This document shows positions 16,643 through 25,250 of a stretch of 32,181 nucleotides of DNA, in pieces. The stretch is taken from IMG/VR virus record IMGVR_UViG_3300009111_000015, positions 1 to 32,181 of that record. One strand, given 5' to 3'. The position numbers and the translations under genes were made by a program. This DNA is from a virus. Taxonomy: Duplodnaviria > Caudoviricetes. The number at the start of each line of letters is the position of its first letter. Positions within the stretch are counted from its first letter, which is position 1. The notes under the pieces were generated by a model. The model searched no databases. It saw nothing but the letters and a program-made list of their open reading frames with translations, and was not told where the DNA came from.

Positions 16643-17264
16643 GTATACCTTCTTTCGCTAATTCCGATTTGTATACACGATAGTTGAATTCAAAGTGTTC
16701 ACTCTGTTTCTTCATTTCGTGATAGTGAATGAGGCGGCATTTGTTGACACAAACAAATTCACACCTTTTATAAATATTCTTAATTAGTTGACAAAATAAA
16801 GTATCTTCCCACCCGCTACCGACCATACCCATACAGAATCGTAATTTTGGATTGTCGATAATATCACTTTTGCGGATAGCAATTGACGCTGATAATATCG
16901 CTTTATCCGCTATGGATAATGAGCGGTCGATACAATTATCTACTCCCATCATAGGAGAGAGATTTCCGTCGGGAGTAATCAAACGGGCCGACGAAATAGC
17001 GATATTAACATCGGTTTTCAACGGTTCAACAAGATCATGTTGCCATCCAGTATAAAAACCACCGATATCGTCGTCAATCATAATGATATATTCGTTGATG
17101 GTATCGAATGCCTTCATCAATCCGTAATTTCGATTTACGGATGCCGACGCATTAAATCCGGTAGGAATATAATTAAATTCTTCCCGATCAAATGTTTTGA
17201 TCAATTGGGTATGAAGCTTTATATCCTCATACGCCTTACATGATGGAATAATAATGTCGTACAT
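16635..17264 (-). CDS. GT2-family glycosyltransferase (209 aa; start reassigned to MYDIIIPS)
   Basis: 'DIIIPS', 'SVNRNYG', 'IIMIDDD', 'GWEDT', 'IH'; ATG at 17264 has RBS GAAAGAGG and avoids overlap with upstream gene. Confidence 0.85.
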   Translation of the reverse strand: MYDIIIPSCKAYEDIKLHTQLIKTFDREEFNYIPTGFNASASVNRNYGLMKAFDTINEYIIMIDDDIGGFYTGWQHDLVEPLKTDVNIAISSARLITPDGNLSPMMGVDNCIDRSLSIADKAILSASIAIRKSDIIDNPKLRFCMGMVGSGWEDTLFCQLIKNIYKRCEFVCVNKCRLIHYHEMKKQSEHFEFNYRVYKSELAKEGIHE

Positions 17265-17278
17265 GCGGCCTCTTTCGG

Positions 17279-17710
17279 TTAAGTTATCTTTACAAAACGT
17301 GAAAGTTTTTTCGTAACAGCCTTGTTTAAATAGTCTCTTCCCTCCTTTTTCCATTTACCGGTGACATCGGTTCGCTTTGGATAATAGGCCATAACTCGAC
17401 CCCATGCTAACCGATAATCGCTGAATTCATGAGTTGGTCCATAAACGATCTTGTTCGCAAGCTGAACGATGAAATCTTCCTGACTTATAATCGATTTCGT
17501 TAACCATCCGCGACGAAGAGTACCGGTGATGACATTTAAGCCCATCTTTCCTTTTCTTCCAGTGTAAAACTCTTTGATTGCGGCTCCTTCAAATAAACGG
17601 ATACCTTCAAACATACCTCGGCGTATCTGGTCGATTACTGCATCAGTCTTATTCCGTAAAGCGGTAACAACCTGATCGATATTTGAAGTAAGTTGAATAG
17701 TAAACATCAT
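17279..17710 (-). CDS. HK97 gp10-like / virion morphogenesis neck protein (143 aa)
   Basis: basic protein with 'TGTLRRGW' and 'VYGPTHEF' motifs; ATGA overlap with connector. Confidence 0.75.
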   Translation of the reverse strand: MMFTIQLTSNIDQVVTALRNKTDAVIDQIRRGMFEGIRLFEGAAIKEFYTGRKGKMGLNVITGTLRRGWLTKSIISQEDFIVQLANKIVYGPTHEFSDYRLAWGRVMAYYPKRTDVTGKWKKEGRDYLNKAVTKKLSRFVKIT

Positions 17711-18552
17711 TTACCCCAAGTTCTAACGTATGAATATAGCATGTTAAGTACTTCTTCACGAAGTGGAAATTTCATATGCATCGGATTACTCTGTCGAATT
17801 GTAACCCCATCTTTCTGTGTTCCGGAGTTTTCAAAGTCAAGCTGATGCTGACGCATGTATCGAATTTGTGCTTCGCACGCCATAACGATGTTAGGATAAG
17901 CATTTAAAAGAGATTCCTGCGCAAACGCCGATAACGTTCCGGTAACTGCCGGAGTTGTTGCCGTTGTTCCTTCATCGTCGTACTGTACTAATGTTTCTCC
18001 AACCGAAAATTTTCCGTAATATTGTTCAAGAGTCAGTGACAAAGAAGAATAAGAAACGACAATACCTACAGCCCCTGAAGTAGAACCTATAACATATTTT
18101 CCAGCGACAAACGTTCCTGCACCGGCGGCAAGAGTCATCACCGAACGAACCGCATCATATGCAAGCCCTCCCGTGTAACGCACGCGAAGCGCTTTTGCCG
18201 CGGTATAGCTCAATGTATACGGGAGTACAATTCTTCCTGTCTGTGAATCATTAACTGGATCATCAATTTGTGATTCGTCGCCTGTCCACAATCCAAGAGA
18301 ATCCTCATAAATATCCGTGAGTGTCACCACTGGAAAAGAAGACAGCCAGTACTGAACACGTCCGTACTCGACATCGAAGTACTCCGTTCTTGCCTCGATA
18401 TGTAAATTCCTACAGAGATATCCTTCGATATCCGTTGAAACTGAACCAAGCCAGTTTTGAAGTACACGGTTGTTGGCTGTATTGTTCGTGATCAGAGATT
18501 CTGATTGACCGGAACAATATAGACGTAATCTTCTTAAACTTGATAAAAGCAT
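17707..18552 (-). CDS. head-tail connector protein with inserted beta domain (281 aa)
   Basis: 'IEGYLCRNL....TEYFD', 'FPV', 'VRYTGG', 'P..V..ML..Y' connector motifs. Confidence 0.75.
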   Translation of the reverse strand: MLLSSLRRLRLYCSGQSESLITNNTANNRVLQNWLGSVSTDIEGYLCRNLHIEARTEYFDVEYGRVQYWLSSFPVVTLTDIYEDSLGLWTGDESQIDDPVNDSQTGRIVLPYTLSYTAAKALRVRYTGGLAYDAVRSVMTLAAGAGTFVAGKYVIGSTSGAVGIVVSYSSLSLTLEQYYGKFSVGETLVQYDDEGTTATTPAVTGTLSAFAQESLLNAYPNIVMACEAQIRYMRQHQLDFENSGTQKDGVTIRQSNPMHMKFPLREEVLNMLYSYVRTWGK

Positions 18553-18563
18553 ATTGGTTTCCT

Positions 18564-18592
18564 TAAGTAAGGTGGGGCGTTATAACCCCACC
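18564..18592 (-). terminator. GC-rich hairpin after capsid/decoration genes (probable partial terminator)
   Basis: GGTGGGG-TTATAACG-CCCCACC followed by TTACTT. Confidence 0.55.
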
Positions 18593-18615
18593 CCATCACC
18601 ACCCGATCACCGCCC

Positions 18616-19068
18616 TTATACGGTGGGAGCCCCATCAATATCAAACACCGGTGCTGTCATAACCGGTCCAGTACCTCCATTCAACATGTAGGTAACGCCG
18701 ATATTGCAAGAGCCCGTGCTCGTTTTGAACGTCTCCACCCACAAATACTGTTTTTGTCCACTGCATCGAAGTTCTGCATAATGCTGTTGCTGGTCATTCG
18801 CTGACGTCAACTGTGTAAAAGCTGCACCACTAATAGCAGTAGCCACAGTAACATCATCGTCGTCATTTTCCAAAATGTTAATGTCAAGGGTGTTTCCGGC
18901 ACCGATAACCCCAACATTGGCATGGAAAAGAATGGAATCATACCCGTTAACATTAATGTACGTATTCGATGCCGCTGCAGCTCCATTGTAGAGCGAACCG
19001 GCGGAACGATAATCCGCTGATTCTACGGCAACGCCCAACTTCAAATCTTCATGAATTTTACTTTTCAT
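18616..19068 (-). CDS. probable capsid decoration/cement protein (150 aa)
   Basis: directly after major capsid, strong RBS AAAGGAG, beta-rich. Confidence 0.6.
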   Translation of the reverse strand: MKSKIHEDLKLGVAVESADYRSAGSLYNGAAAASNTYINVNGYDSILFHANVGVIGAGNTLDINILENDDDDVTVATAISGAAFTQLTSANDQQQHYAELRCSGQKQYLWVETFKTSTGSCNIGVTYMLNGGTGPVMTAPVFDIDGAPTV

Positions 19069-19093
19069 AAGAAGTTTCTCCTTTCGTTAATTA

Positions 19094-20464
19094 TTACCAC
19101 GAACTCGGAACGGTTTGCGCACCGGTAATACGCCGAAACGCTCCCGGACGAACAACGACGCAGTTAAACCCTTCCTCGACGATCACCCATACGGCATTTT
19201 GTGCAAACGCCGACACGCTACCGACTGTTGCCTGATCGGAAATTCTGATAGTCATCCCCTGCCATCCAAGTAGCCAGAAGCGAGACCAGTCTCCATAGTA
19301 AACACTGGAAAGAGTATTGGTCGTATCGGAACCCTTCGTCTCCGTCGCCGGAAGATAGGTCGATTCACCGATTTTACCGACGATACCGTTCAATGCCGCG
19401 TCGTCGAGATATCCAAGATTCTGGATAACAGGCTGTCCCTGTTTAGCGGCTTGACCTGAATACTGCTTGATACGTTCCGTCGCCATTCCGGTTTTAACCA
19501 TCGGACGCATCAGGAAAGCAAAATTTGTAAGCGGAACCCCCGCCATCTCATTCGCCTCCGACAATTCACCCTTTGCGTAAAGAGCGTCGGTAATGGTAAA
19601 TCGTCCACCATTAGTTTCACCGGCGATGGTTGACGTCGCGATGCCCCACTTCGAATTCATCAACCCGGTAGGTTCATCTTCAGTACTTTTACCGATAATA
19701 AACATCTCGTGTTTTTTCGCACCAAGAGATTCACCAAGATCACGGTTAATGAGAGAATCAATCCCTTCTTGCGACTGAAAGAGTAACGTTTTGCTAACGA
19801 AGGAAAGACCGGCGGCGCGTTTCGGATTCGCGACGATTTTCCCGAACTTCAATTTTGATACGGTAGGTGCTTCATTCTCGCCGACCATATATGTCGTCGT
19901 GCCTGAAGTAATCGTCGGAATCTCAAGTTGACCTGAAAGACCGTTAAGAACAGTACACGGAAGAATCGATTCAACCGGATTGGATTGACGTGCAATGGTA
20001 CTAATCGCACCAGTTAACTCTATCGGAATCGTGAATCCGCCTGATTCACCATCTCCCGCATAGTTTCCGGTTGCGCGCGTCTGCATTGCTTTCTTGGTAG
20101 CGCTGACAATATCGCGTTCCTGCTCACAACCTTTCCAGATATCCGGACCGAACTCACCGGGAAAAGCTTGACGAACAAGAGCCCGAACAAGTTTAGTCGA
20201 AGAAAATTTGATCTTTCCGTTGTTAAGTTCGTCCTTCAACCCCGGAACCATAGTTCCATAACTTGCAAGCTGTTGTTGCATATTTTTTTGGGTTTCGGTT
20301 ACATGGATAAGTTCCTTCTTAAGATCTTCAACTTTTTTGTCACTTTCACCAAGACCGTCTTTGACACATTTCTCAATTTCAGTTTTAAGACTATTGCCAT
20401 AGTCCGTCAACTTACTCTGTACGTCATTGAGCAACGTTTTCTGTTCCTCAACCGTCATAGGCAT
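19094..20464 (-). CDS. major capsid protein, HK97 family (456 aa)
   Basis: N-terminal coiled-coil delta domain; 'SGGFTIP', 'VGENEA', 'EPTGL', 'YYGDWS', 'RPGAF'. Confidence 0.95.
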   Translation of the reverse strand: MPMTVEEQKTLLNDVQSKLTDYGNSLKTEIEKCVKDGLGESDKKVEDLKKELIHVTETQKNMQQQLASYGTMVPGLKDELNNGKIKFSSTKLVRALVRQAFPGEFGPDIWKGCEQERDIVSATKKAMQTRATGNYAGDGESGGFTIPIELTGAISTIARQSNPVESILPCTVLNGLSGQLEIPTITSGTTTYMVGENEAPTVSKLKFGKIVANPKRAAGLSFVSKTLLFQSQEGIDSLINRDLGESLGAKKHEMFIIGKSTEDEPTGLMNSKWGIATSTIAGETNGGRFTITDALYAKGELSEANEMAGVPLTNFAFLMRPMVKTGMATERIKQYSGQAAKQGQPVIQNLGYLDDAALNGIVGKIGESTYLPATETKGSDTTNTLSSVYYGDWSRFWLLGWQGMTIRISDQATVGSVSAFAQNAVWVIVEEGFNCVVVRPGAFRRITGAQTVPSSW

Positions 20465-20478
20465 AGTTTTCTCCTTTG

Positions 20479-21798
20479 TTATGCTTTCGGTTTAATACTA
20501 AAACTTTTCAGAAGATCGCTACTATACATCACCTCATCGACATCGCTCGCCTTGCTCGCCGCCGGAGAAGAGAGTTTATCGGAGATTGACTTAAGTTGCA
20601 TGATCACTTCATCAAGTTTATTTGTCAATACTGTATCTTGTGCCGGTGTAAAATTACACGAAGGACATTCGAGATTTTTGTCATCCTCTTTTGCCGCCGT
20701 AAATGATCCCTTGTGCGCTTTGCAATGTTTTCGTGCCTGATCAGCATCCCATGAATCTTTCGGATAACGATGAGCTTGTACGGCGGATGATTTGTCCTTA
20801 CGATATCCAATAATCAATGAATATTCTTTTCCAGTGTGAACATAACCGCCGACATCGTTATTATCCTTTACTTTCTTTCTGAAAAATCTGACGAATTGAT
20901 CGGGGTCTTCAAGTCTGCACGCATGTTCGTTAGGATAAGGACGAAGGACGATATCCTTATTTATTTCTTCAAGATCATTATCGGAAAGTAAAGTACCGAT
21001 TTGGTCGATAATATTAGTGTCGAAATGAAGGACGACAGGTTTCAGATAATCCTCAAAAATATTCAATATCTCCGTGTCAGGAAACCATTTCAGTTTTTCA
21101 AGAGTAAAGATATCATCTTTACTGAATATTTCTCCAAATTCTTTACGATTAATATTATTTAAGGCATTGGTTAATGCATCGGGATTGGCGGGAATAGATA
21201 CCTGACTATGTTCAAGATAATCTATCGCCAAAAACTCAACCCCCCATTTACCGACACCAATCTTTTTCTTTTCTTCAGGAGTATGATCGTTTTTGACTGA
21301 AAGCGGAATAAACCCTATCGATATCCCGGGCATGATGCCGCTTTGACGGAACTTAAAAGCCTGATCCGCCCTTCCGGTAGTATCAACACGGTTATCGATG
21401 TAAAGATCCCATGAATAAATACCTTTCACCTCCGGATCTTTCCAAATTTTGATAGAGTTACCGATCGGAAAATTACCATGTTCATGAGATAACATTACAA
21501 CAGGATTTTTCAGATAGTTATCGAATTTACAACCGTCATGTCGAACAATATCACCATAACGATCAGTCGTCTCATTTGTAGTAAGCCCTTCGAGGACACG
21601 ACTTTCATACCCGCTTTGGTATTCAATACCCGCTTTTTCGCAAAGTCCTTTACATTTTTCAGCAGTCATCTCAACCATTTTAGGTTTATGACACGCCATA
21701 GTAAACCGAACCTGTTTTCCTTCACTTTTTGCTTTTAAAAGTGACGATTCATCTTTTACTTTAAAAATATCAAGTAGATTTTTCAGAGCGAGATCCAT
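20479..21798 (-). CDS. prohead maturation protease (HK97/S78-like) with C-terminal extension (439 aa)
   Basis: 'DRYGDIV', 'KNPVVMLSH', 'PIG', 'ISIGF', 'LEHSQVSIPANPDAL'. Confidence 0.92.
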   Translation of the reverse strand: MDLALKNLLDIFKVKDESSLLKAKSEGKQVRFTMACHKPKMVEMTAEKCKGLCEKAGIEYQSGYESRVLEGLTTNETTDRYGDIVRHDGCKFDNYLKNPVVMLSHEHGNFPIGNSIKIWKDPEVKGIYSWDLYIDNRVDTTGRADQAFKFRQSGIMPGISIGFIPLSVKNDHTPEEKKKIGVGKWGVEFLAIDYLEHSQVSIPANPDALTNALNNINRKEFGEIFSKDDIFTLEKLKWFPDTEILNIFEDYLKPVVLHFDTNIIDQIGTLLSDNDLEEINKDIVLRPYPNEHACRLEDPDQFVRFFRKKVKDNNDVGGYVHTGKEYSLIIGYRKDKSSAVQAHRYPKDSWDADQARKHCKAHKGSFTAAKEDDKNLECPSCNFTPAQDTVLTNKLDEVIMQLKSISDKLSSPAASKASDVDEVMYSSDLLKSFSIKPKA

Positions 21799-21934
21799 TA
21801 TTATCTCTCCTTATTTCACGATTTGTACAGACAGTTTCACCTTTAAAAGCACATTGTCCTCTGCATTTTGAAGTACAACGACGTATAGTCATGCATCGAC
21901 GATCAATCATGCGGTTATTTGTATTTTCAATCAT
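21770..21934 (-). CDS. small Cys/Arg-rich peptide (54 aa)
   Basis: ATGA overlap with portal stop; MIENTNNRMIDRRCMTIRRCTSKCRGQCAFKGETVCTN...; fills the portal-protease gap. Confidence 0.5.
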   Translation of the reverse strand: MIENTNNRMIDRRCMTIRRCTSKCRGQCAFKGETVCTNREIRRDNNGSRSEKST

Positions 21935-24087
21935 GGCGCCTCCGCAGCTACATTTACACAACGACAGTTGATAACCTCCGCCGGTTCGTTGGTTGTATCA
22001 TCAAGAGGATGCAACAATTTAGTGACGGGAAATCGTTCTCCTAATCGAACAACATGTCCATTTTCAGCCGTATGTGTTTCACGTACTTTCTCGTCCATCG
22101 CTGATACCCATTCATGCCATTCAATATCTTCCATCGTAAAGGCAATATAGCGAGCGTCCTCCGTAACAGATCCAATTTCGGTTCGTGCAATAGTCATCGT
22201 TTGATTTTTACGCTCTTCGTAAATACTATTAAACGCTGATTTTAGTTCTTTTGCAAATTTACCAGGAGCCCAATTTTCCGTATTAGCTTGATTAAAAAGA
22301 TCAATAGCTTCTTTTTCGACTGATTTAAACGTCGTGTTATTCAATCCACGAAGAAATTTTGCACGACGATTTAACGACTTGTCAATAGTTTCGTCAGTTG
22401 CATGCCATCGGATCAGTTCTCCAAGCTCCTTTTCAAGCTGTTTTTCGGTTCTTTTTAGTTGTTCTACGTGCATCGGGCGCGACAAATCGATTAATTTCTG
22501 GTCTTCTTTACGTTTATCAATGAGGATATCGTCAAGTGAAATAATAACGGCTTTTTTTTGCTTCGCTAACCATTCATCAACCTTATCCTGAAAAAGATTA
22601 CGCTGTTGATTGAAAAATAAATAAATCGCTTTTGAGTAGCTCTTTTCTTCGGGGTCAAGGACCCGTTCAACGTAGTCAAACCACCATTTTTCCTTGCTAT
22701 CACAGGTAATAACTACTGATTTCTCCGGTTTATCGTCCTTTTTCGGAGATTCATCATCGGCAGTACCACTAAACGGAGCAGGTGCAAACTGTGATTTCAT
22801 TTCCAGCGGATTCATGGCTAACCATGGAGCTGTCGCCAATTCGTCATCGGAAAGAGGTATTCCCACTTTACGAAGGGCCATCACTGGAGGAAGAAAACAT
22901 TTCTCGACAAGTGTCGACGCCGTAATCGACCTGTCCTTATAGTTCGGCTGAAGATATTCGACTTTCGAAGTGTCAAGCCCTATACGTTTGTTACGATCAA
23001 TAAAACGAACCAATGAGTAATTAATAGCATCGCATATCAAATCGTTCATCGGAAGATTGACATCGTGCCAAAGCATCTTCCGACCTTCGACAATAGTCGC
23101 AAAATTAATCTGTTCGTAGTTACCAATAGCAATTTTGTTCAGCCCAAAAGCAGAAATTTGACTTTCCTGGACGAATTTCTTCATTTCGCTGTACTGCATA
23201 TCAACGTTAGTCAAACCGATATGTTGATATTTGAGACCTTTCGACAATATGGCTATTTTCTGTGCATTGGAATATCCGCTCATCGTCTCATTCCAATAAC
23301 GCATCTCTTCTTTTCGATTATCAGGAGTCATTAAAACTTCAGTGGATAGTAGCCCGGAAGGAACTCCTAAATTTTCGAAAATACTGTCATTATACAAATC
23401 GGACTTGAGGTCGAGTGACAAAGTAAGCATCGCCGGATGAAAATTAGCAATTCCCTCCACCCAACTGTACGGATTAAACTGACAAACTCTTATCAGTTGA
23501 TTAGGTGCGTAGATTTGTTCCGATGAAGGAGCAGCATCAATTTTAAAACTCCATCCCGACAATACTTTCAACCCACCCTTACCTTCGATAGTTTTTGGGG
23601 TGATATATGTATCGTTCATCGGCGTCAACAAGACAGGCAACTGTCCTCGATTTAGATCAACCGGATCGCCATTCTTATCCATACAAAGGATAAAGCATTG
23701 TCCACCCTTTGATGCACGACCTATCCCTCCGCTGGGAAGGAGCACCGACAGGATTATTGCCTGAAGAAAAGACGTTTTGTTGAGCAGTGGATGAGGAGAG
23801 CATAACAGTTCAATAAGCGGATCATCGAAAACCATCTTTTGCGGGTTGTTAATGTCATACATATACCACGGAAGACGGCTGACGTTGCGCAAAATGTAAT
23901 TACAACATGCAAAAATAAGATAGTGAAATTTGTAAGGTTTACTTTCGACATCTTTTGACGTTATTTCTCCGCCAGTAGCGCCGGCCCATCTGAAAAAATC
24001 ACGATCAAGCCCGGAAGGAGCGGCTCTCTCTACCGGTTCGATCTCTCGGCCTAATGTGTCAATCAATTTGACTTGTTCGCCGTTCAT
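21931..24087 (-). CDS. portal protein fused to C-terminal MuF/SPP1 gp7-like head morphogenesis domain (718 aa)
   Basis: portal motifs 'LL.SPHP', 'FENLGVPSGLL', 'ILSKGLKY', 'DMQY.E'; C-terminal 'IARTE', 'WVSAMDEKVRETH', 'INCRC'. Confidence 0.92.
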   Translation of the reverse strand: MNGEQVKLIDTLGREIEPVERAAPSGLDRDFFRWAGATGGEITSKDVESKPYKFHYLIFACCNYILRNVSRLPWYMYDINNPQKMVFDDPLIELLCSPHPLLNKTSFLQAIILSVLLPSGGIGRASKGGQCFILCMDKNGDPVDLNRGQLPVLLTPMNDTYITPKTIEGKGGLKVLSGWSFKIDAAPSSEQIYAPNQLIRVCQFNPYSWVEGIANFHPAMLTLSLDLKSDLYNDSIFENLGVPSGLLSTEVLMTPDNRKEEMRYWNETMSGYSNAQKIAILSKGLKYQHIGLTNVDMQYSEMKKFVQESQISAFGLNKIAIGNYEQINFATIVEGRKMLWHDVNLPMNDLICDAINYSLVRFIDRNKRIGLDTSKVEYLQPNYKDRSITASTLVEKCFLPPVMALRKVGIPLSDDELATAPWLAMNPLEMKSQFAPAPFSGTADDESPKKDDKPEKSVVITCDSKEKWWFDYVERVLDPEEKSYSKAIYLFFNQQRNLFQDKVDEWLAKQKKAVIISLDDILIDKRKEDQKLIDLSRPMHVEQLKRTEKQLEKELGELIRWHATDETIDKSLNRRAKFLRGLNNTTFKSVEKEAIDLFNQANTENWAPGKFAKELKSAFNSIYEERKNQTMTIARTEIGSVTEDARYIAFTMEDIEWHEWVSAMDEKVRETHTAENGHVVRLGERFPVTKLLHPLDDTTNEPAEVINCRCVNVAAEAP

Positions 24088-24092
24088 ATAGA

Positions 24093-24344
24093 TTATTTTC
24101 TATTAATTCTCTTCGTAAATTCAGTTTTTATTAGCGGAATTATCCAATGTTTCCAAAAATTAATAATCGATGTAATCGTTCCGAAAAGAGCTCCTGTCAA
24201 CGCGACAGTTATATACTCATCCGCCCCTGTTACTCCGGTAGTTGATACAATCCACGGAGTGATTTTAAGTGCAACTAATCCCGTTAACAATCCGCTTATA
24301 GTTGCAGTAGCCCCTTTTCTTCCAGTGATATTCAGATCAGCCAT
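24093..24344 (-). CDS. holin-like membrane protein (83 aa)
   Basis: two hydrophobic segments and a basic C-terminus. Confidence 0.6.
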   Translation of the reverse strand: MADLNITGRKGATATISGLLTGLVALKITPWIVSTTGVTGADEYITVALTGALFGTITSIINFWKHWIIPLIKTEFTKRINRK

Positions 24345-24352
24345 ACTACCCC

Positions 24353-25120
24353 CTATTTAATAGCGTATTGACTTATCTCATCAATAAATTCATCCTGCGG
24401 TTTATTGTACCGTTGCATCAAAACCTTGAGCGATTTACAAACGTAAGAGGGCGCGTGACCGAAAAAGAAACGATCAAGTACCGGATCAGGATGAATATTC
24501 GGATCTCCTACGTCGGGAAGCTTGACGATTTTTCCATAGTCAACTCCTCCCAGGAGATTACCTATATTATCGACCTGATCATGTATCCCTATGTTAAGAG
24601 TAGTCGAACATACATGTGCCTTTGAACATTGAGATTTACCCACTTTATTCATGGTTTGCGGTCCGCAATACGTAATCGATTCGCAATTTCGCTGGAGAGA
24701 AGACCGAATAAAATAAGCAGCATTGATTGAAATCACCGATCCGGCGGAGTGTCCGTAAAGAGAAATTTTCCCATTAAATCCACGTAACGCTTCGATAATT
24801 GGATTCATAAGGATGGTGCGAAACGATTTGCGGAATCCATAGTGCCACCCGTTGTCAAGGATACATTGCGCGTTTCGCAGCCATCCCTGTAAGGATTTCG
24901 TTCCCGACGTAACTATGATACACTCTCCGGGAATTTTCAGAATATAAGCACGGTCTACTTCATCTTCCAATTGGTAAAGCTTTTCAATCATGCCGCCAAA
25001 TTCGATATTGGCGTAGTGTTTGTTAATAGCGCTGACTATATAAGCCCAATCATCATGTTCAGCAAGCATGGCGTGAAACAACGCGCGCACGTACGAATGG
25101 GATTTACGAATATCAAGCAT
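24353..25120 (-). CDS. class-3 lipase / alpha-beta hydrolase (255 aa)
   Basis: 'SGT' oxyanion-like motif, 'WHYGF', nucleophile elbow GHSAG, 'TYCGP', 'DQV', C-terminal 'GH'. Confidence 0.85.
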   Translation of the reverse strand: MLDIRKSHSYVRALFHAMLAEHDDWAYIVSAINKHYANIEFGGMIEKLYQLEDEVDRAYILKIPGECIIVTSGTKSLQGWLRNAQCILDNGWHYGFRKSFRTILMNPIIEALRGFNGKISLYGHSAGSVISINAAYFIRSSLQRNCESITYCGPQTMNKVGKSQCSKAHVCSTTLNIGIHDQVDNIGNLLGGVDYGKIVKLPDVGDPNIHPDPVLDRFFFGHAPSYVCKSLKVLMQRYNKPQDEFIDEISQYAIK

Positions 25121-25250
25121 TGTTCAAATCCTTAAAATATTTGGTTATGATCTCTGAAAATTCCATATCGGTGTTGATTAGCGGAATATTTATAATTATA
25201 ATCCCCGAATCAAAAGGCCTTGTCGATGTAGTAATATTATTATCAGACAC
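25113..25250 (-). CDS. small hypothetical protein (45 aa, not in ORF track)
   Basis: GTG start; 8-nt overlaps with both neighbours; MSDNNITTSTRPFDSGIIIINIPL... Confidence 0.45.
   Translation of the reverse strand: MSDNNITTSTRPFDSGIIIINIPLINTDMEFSEIITKYFKDLNNA

Noticed and set aside
12557-17264. DNA hypermodification or 7-deazaguanine pathway
   Set aside because: No DpdA, QueC/D, FolE, hydroxymethylase or kinase genes, and the cluster is coupled to structural genes; not fully excluded without experiment.
17265-17354. N-terminal extension of the GT2 ORF in the track
   Set aside because: Overlaps the upstream gene by 76 nt; the internal ATG at 17264 has an RBS and begins the GT2 fold.
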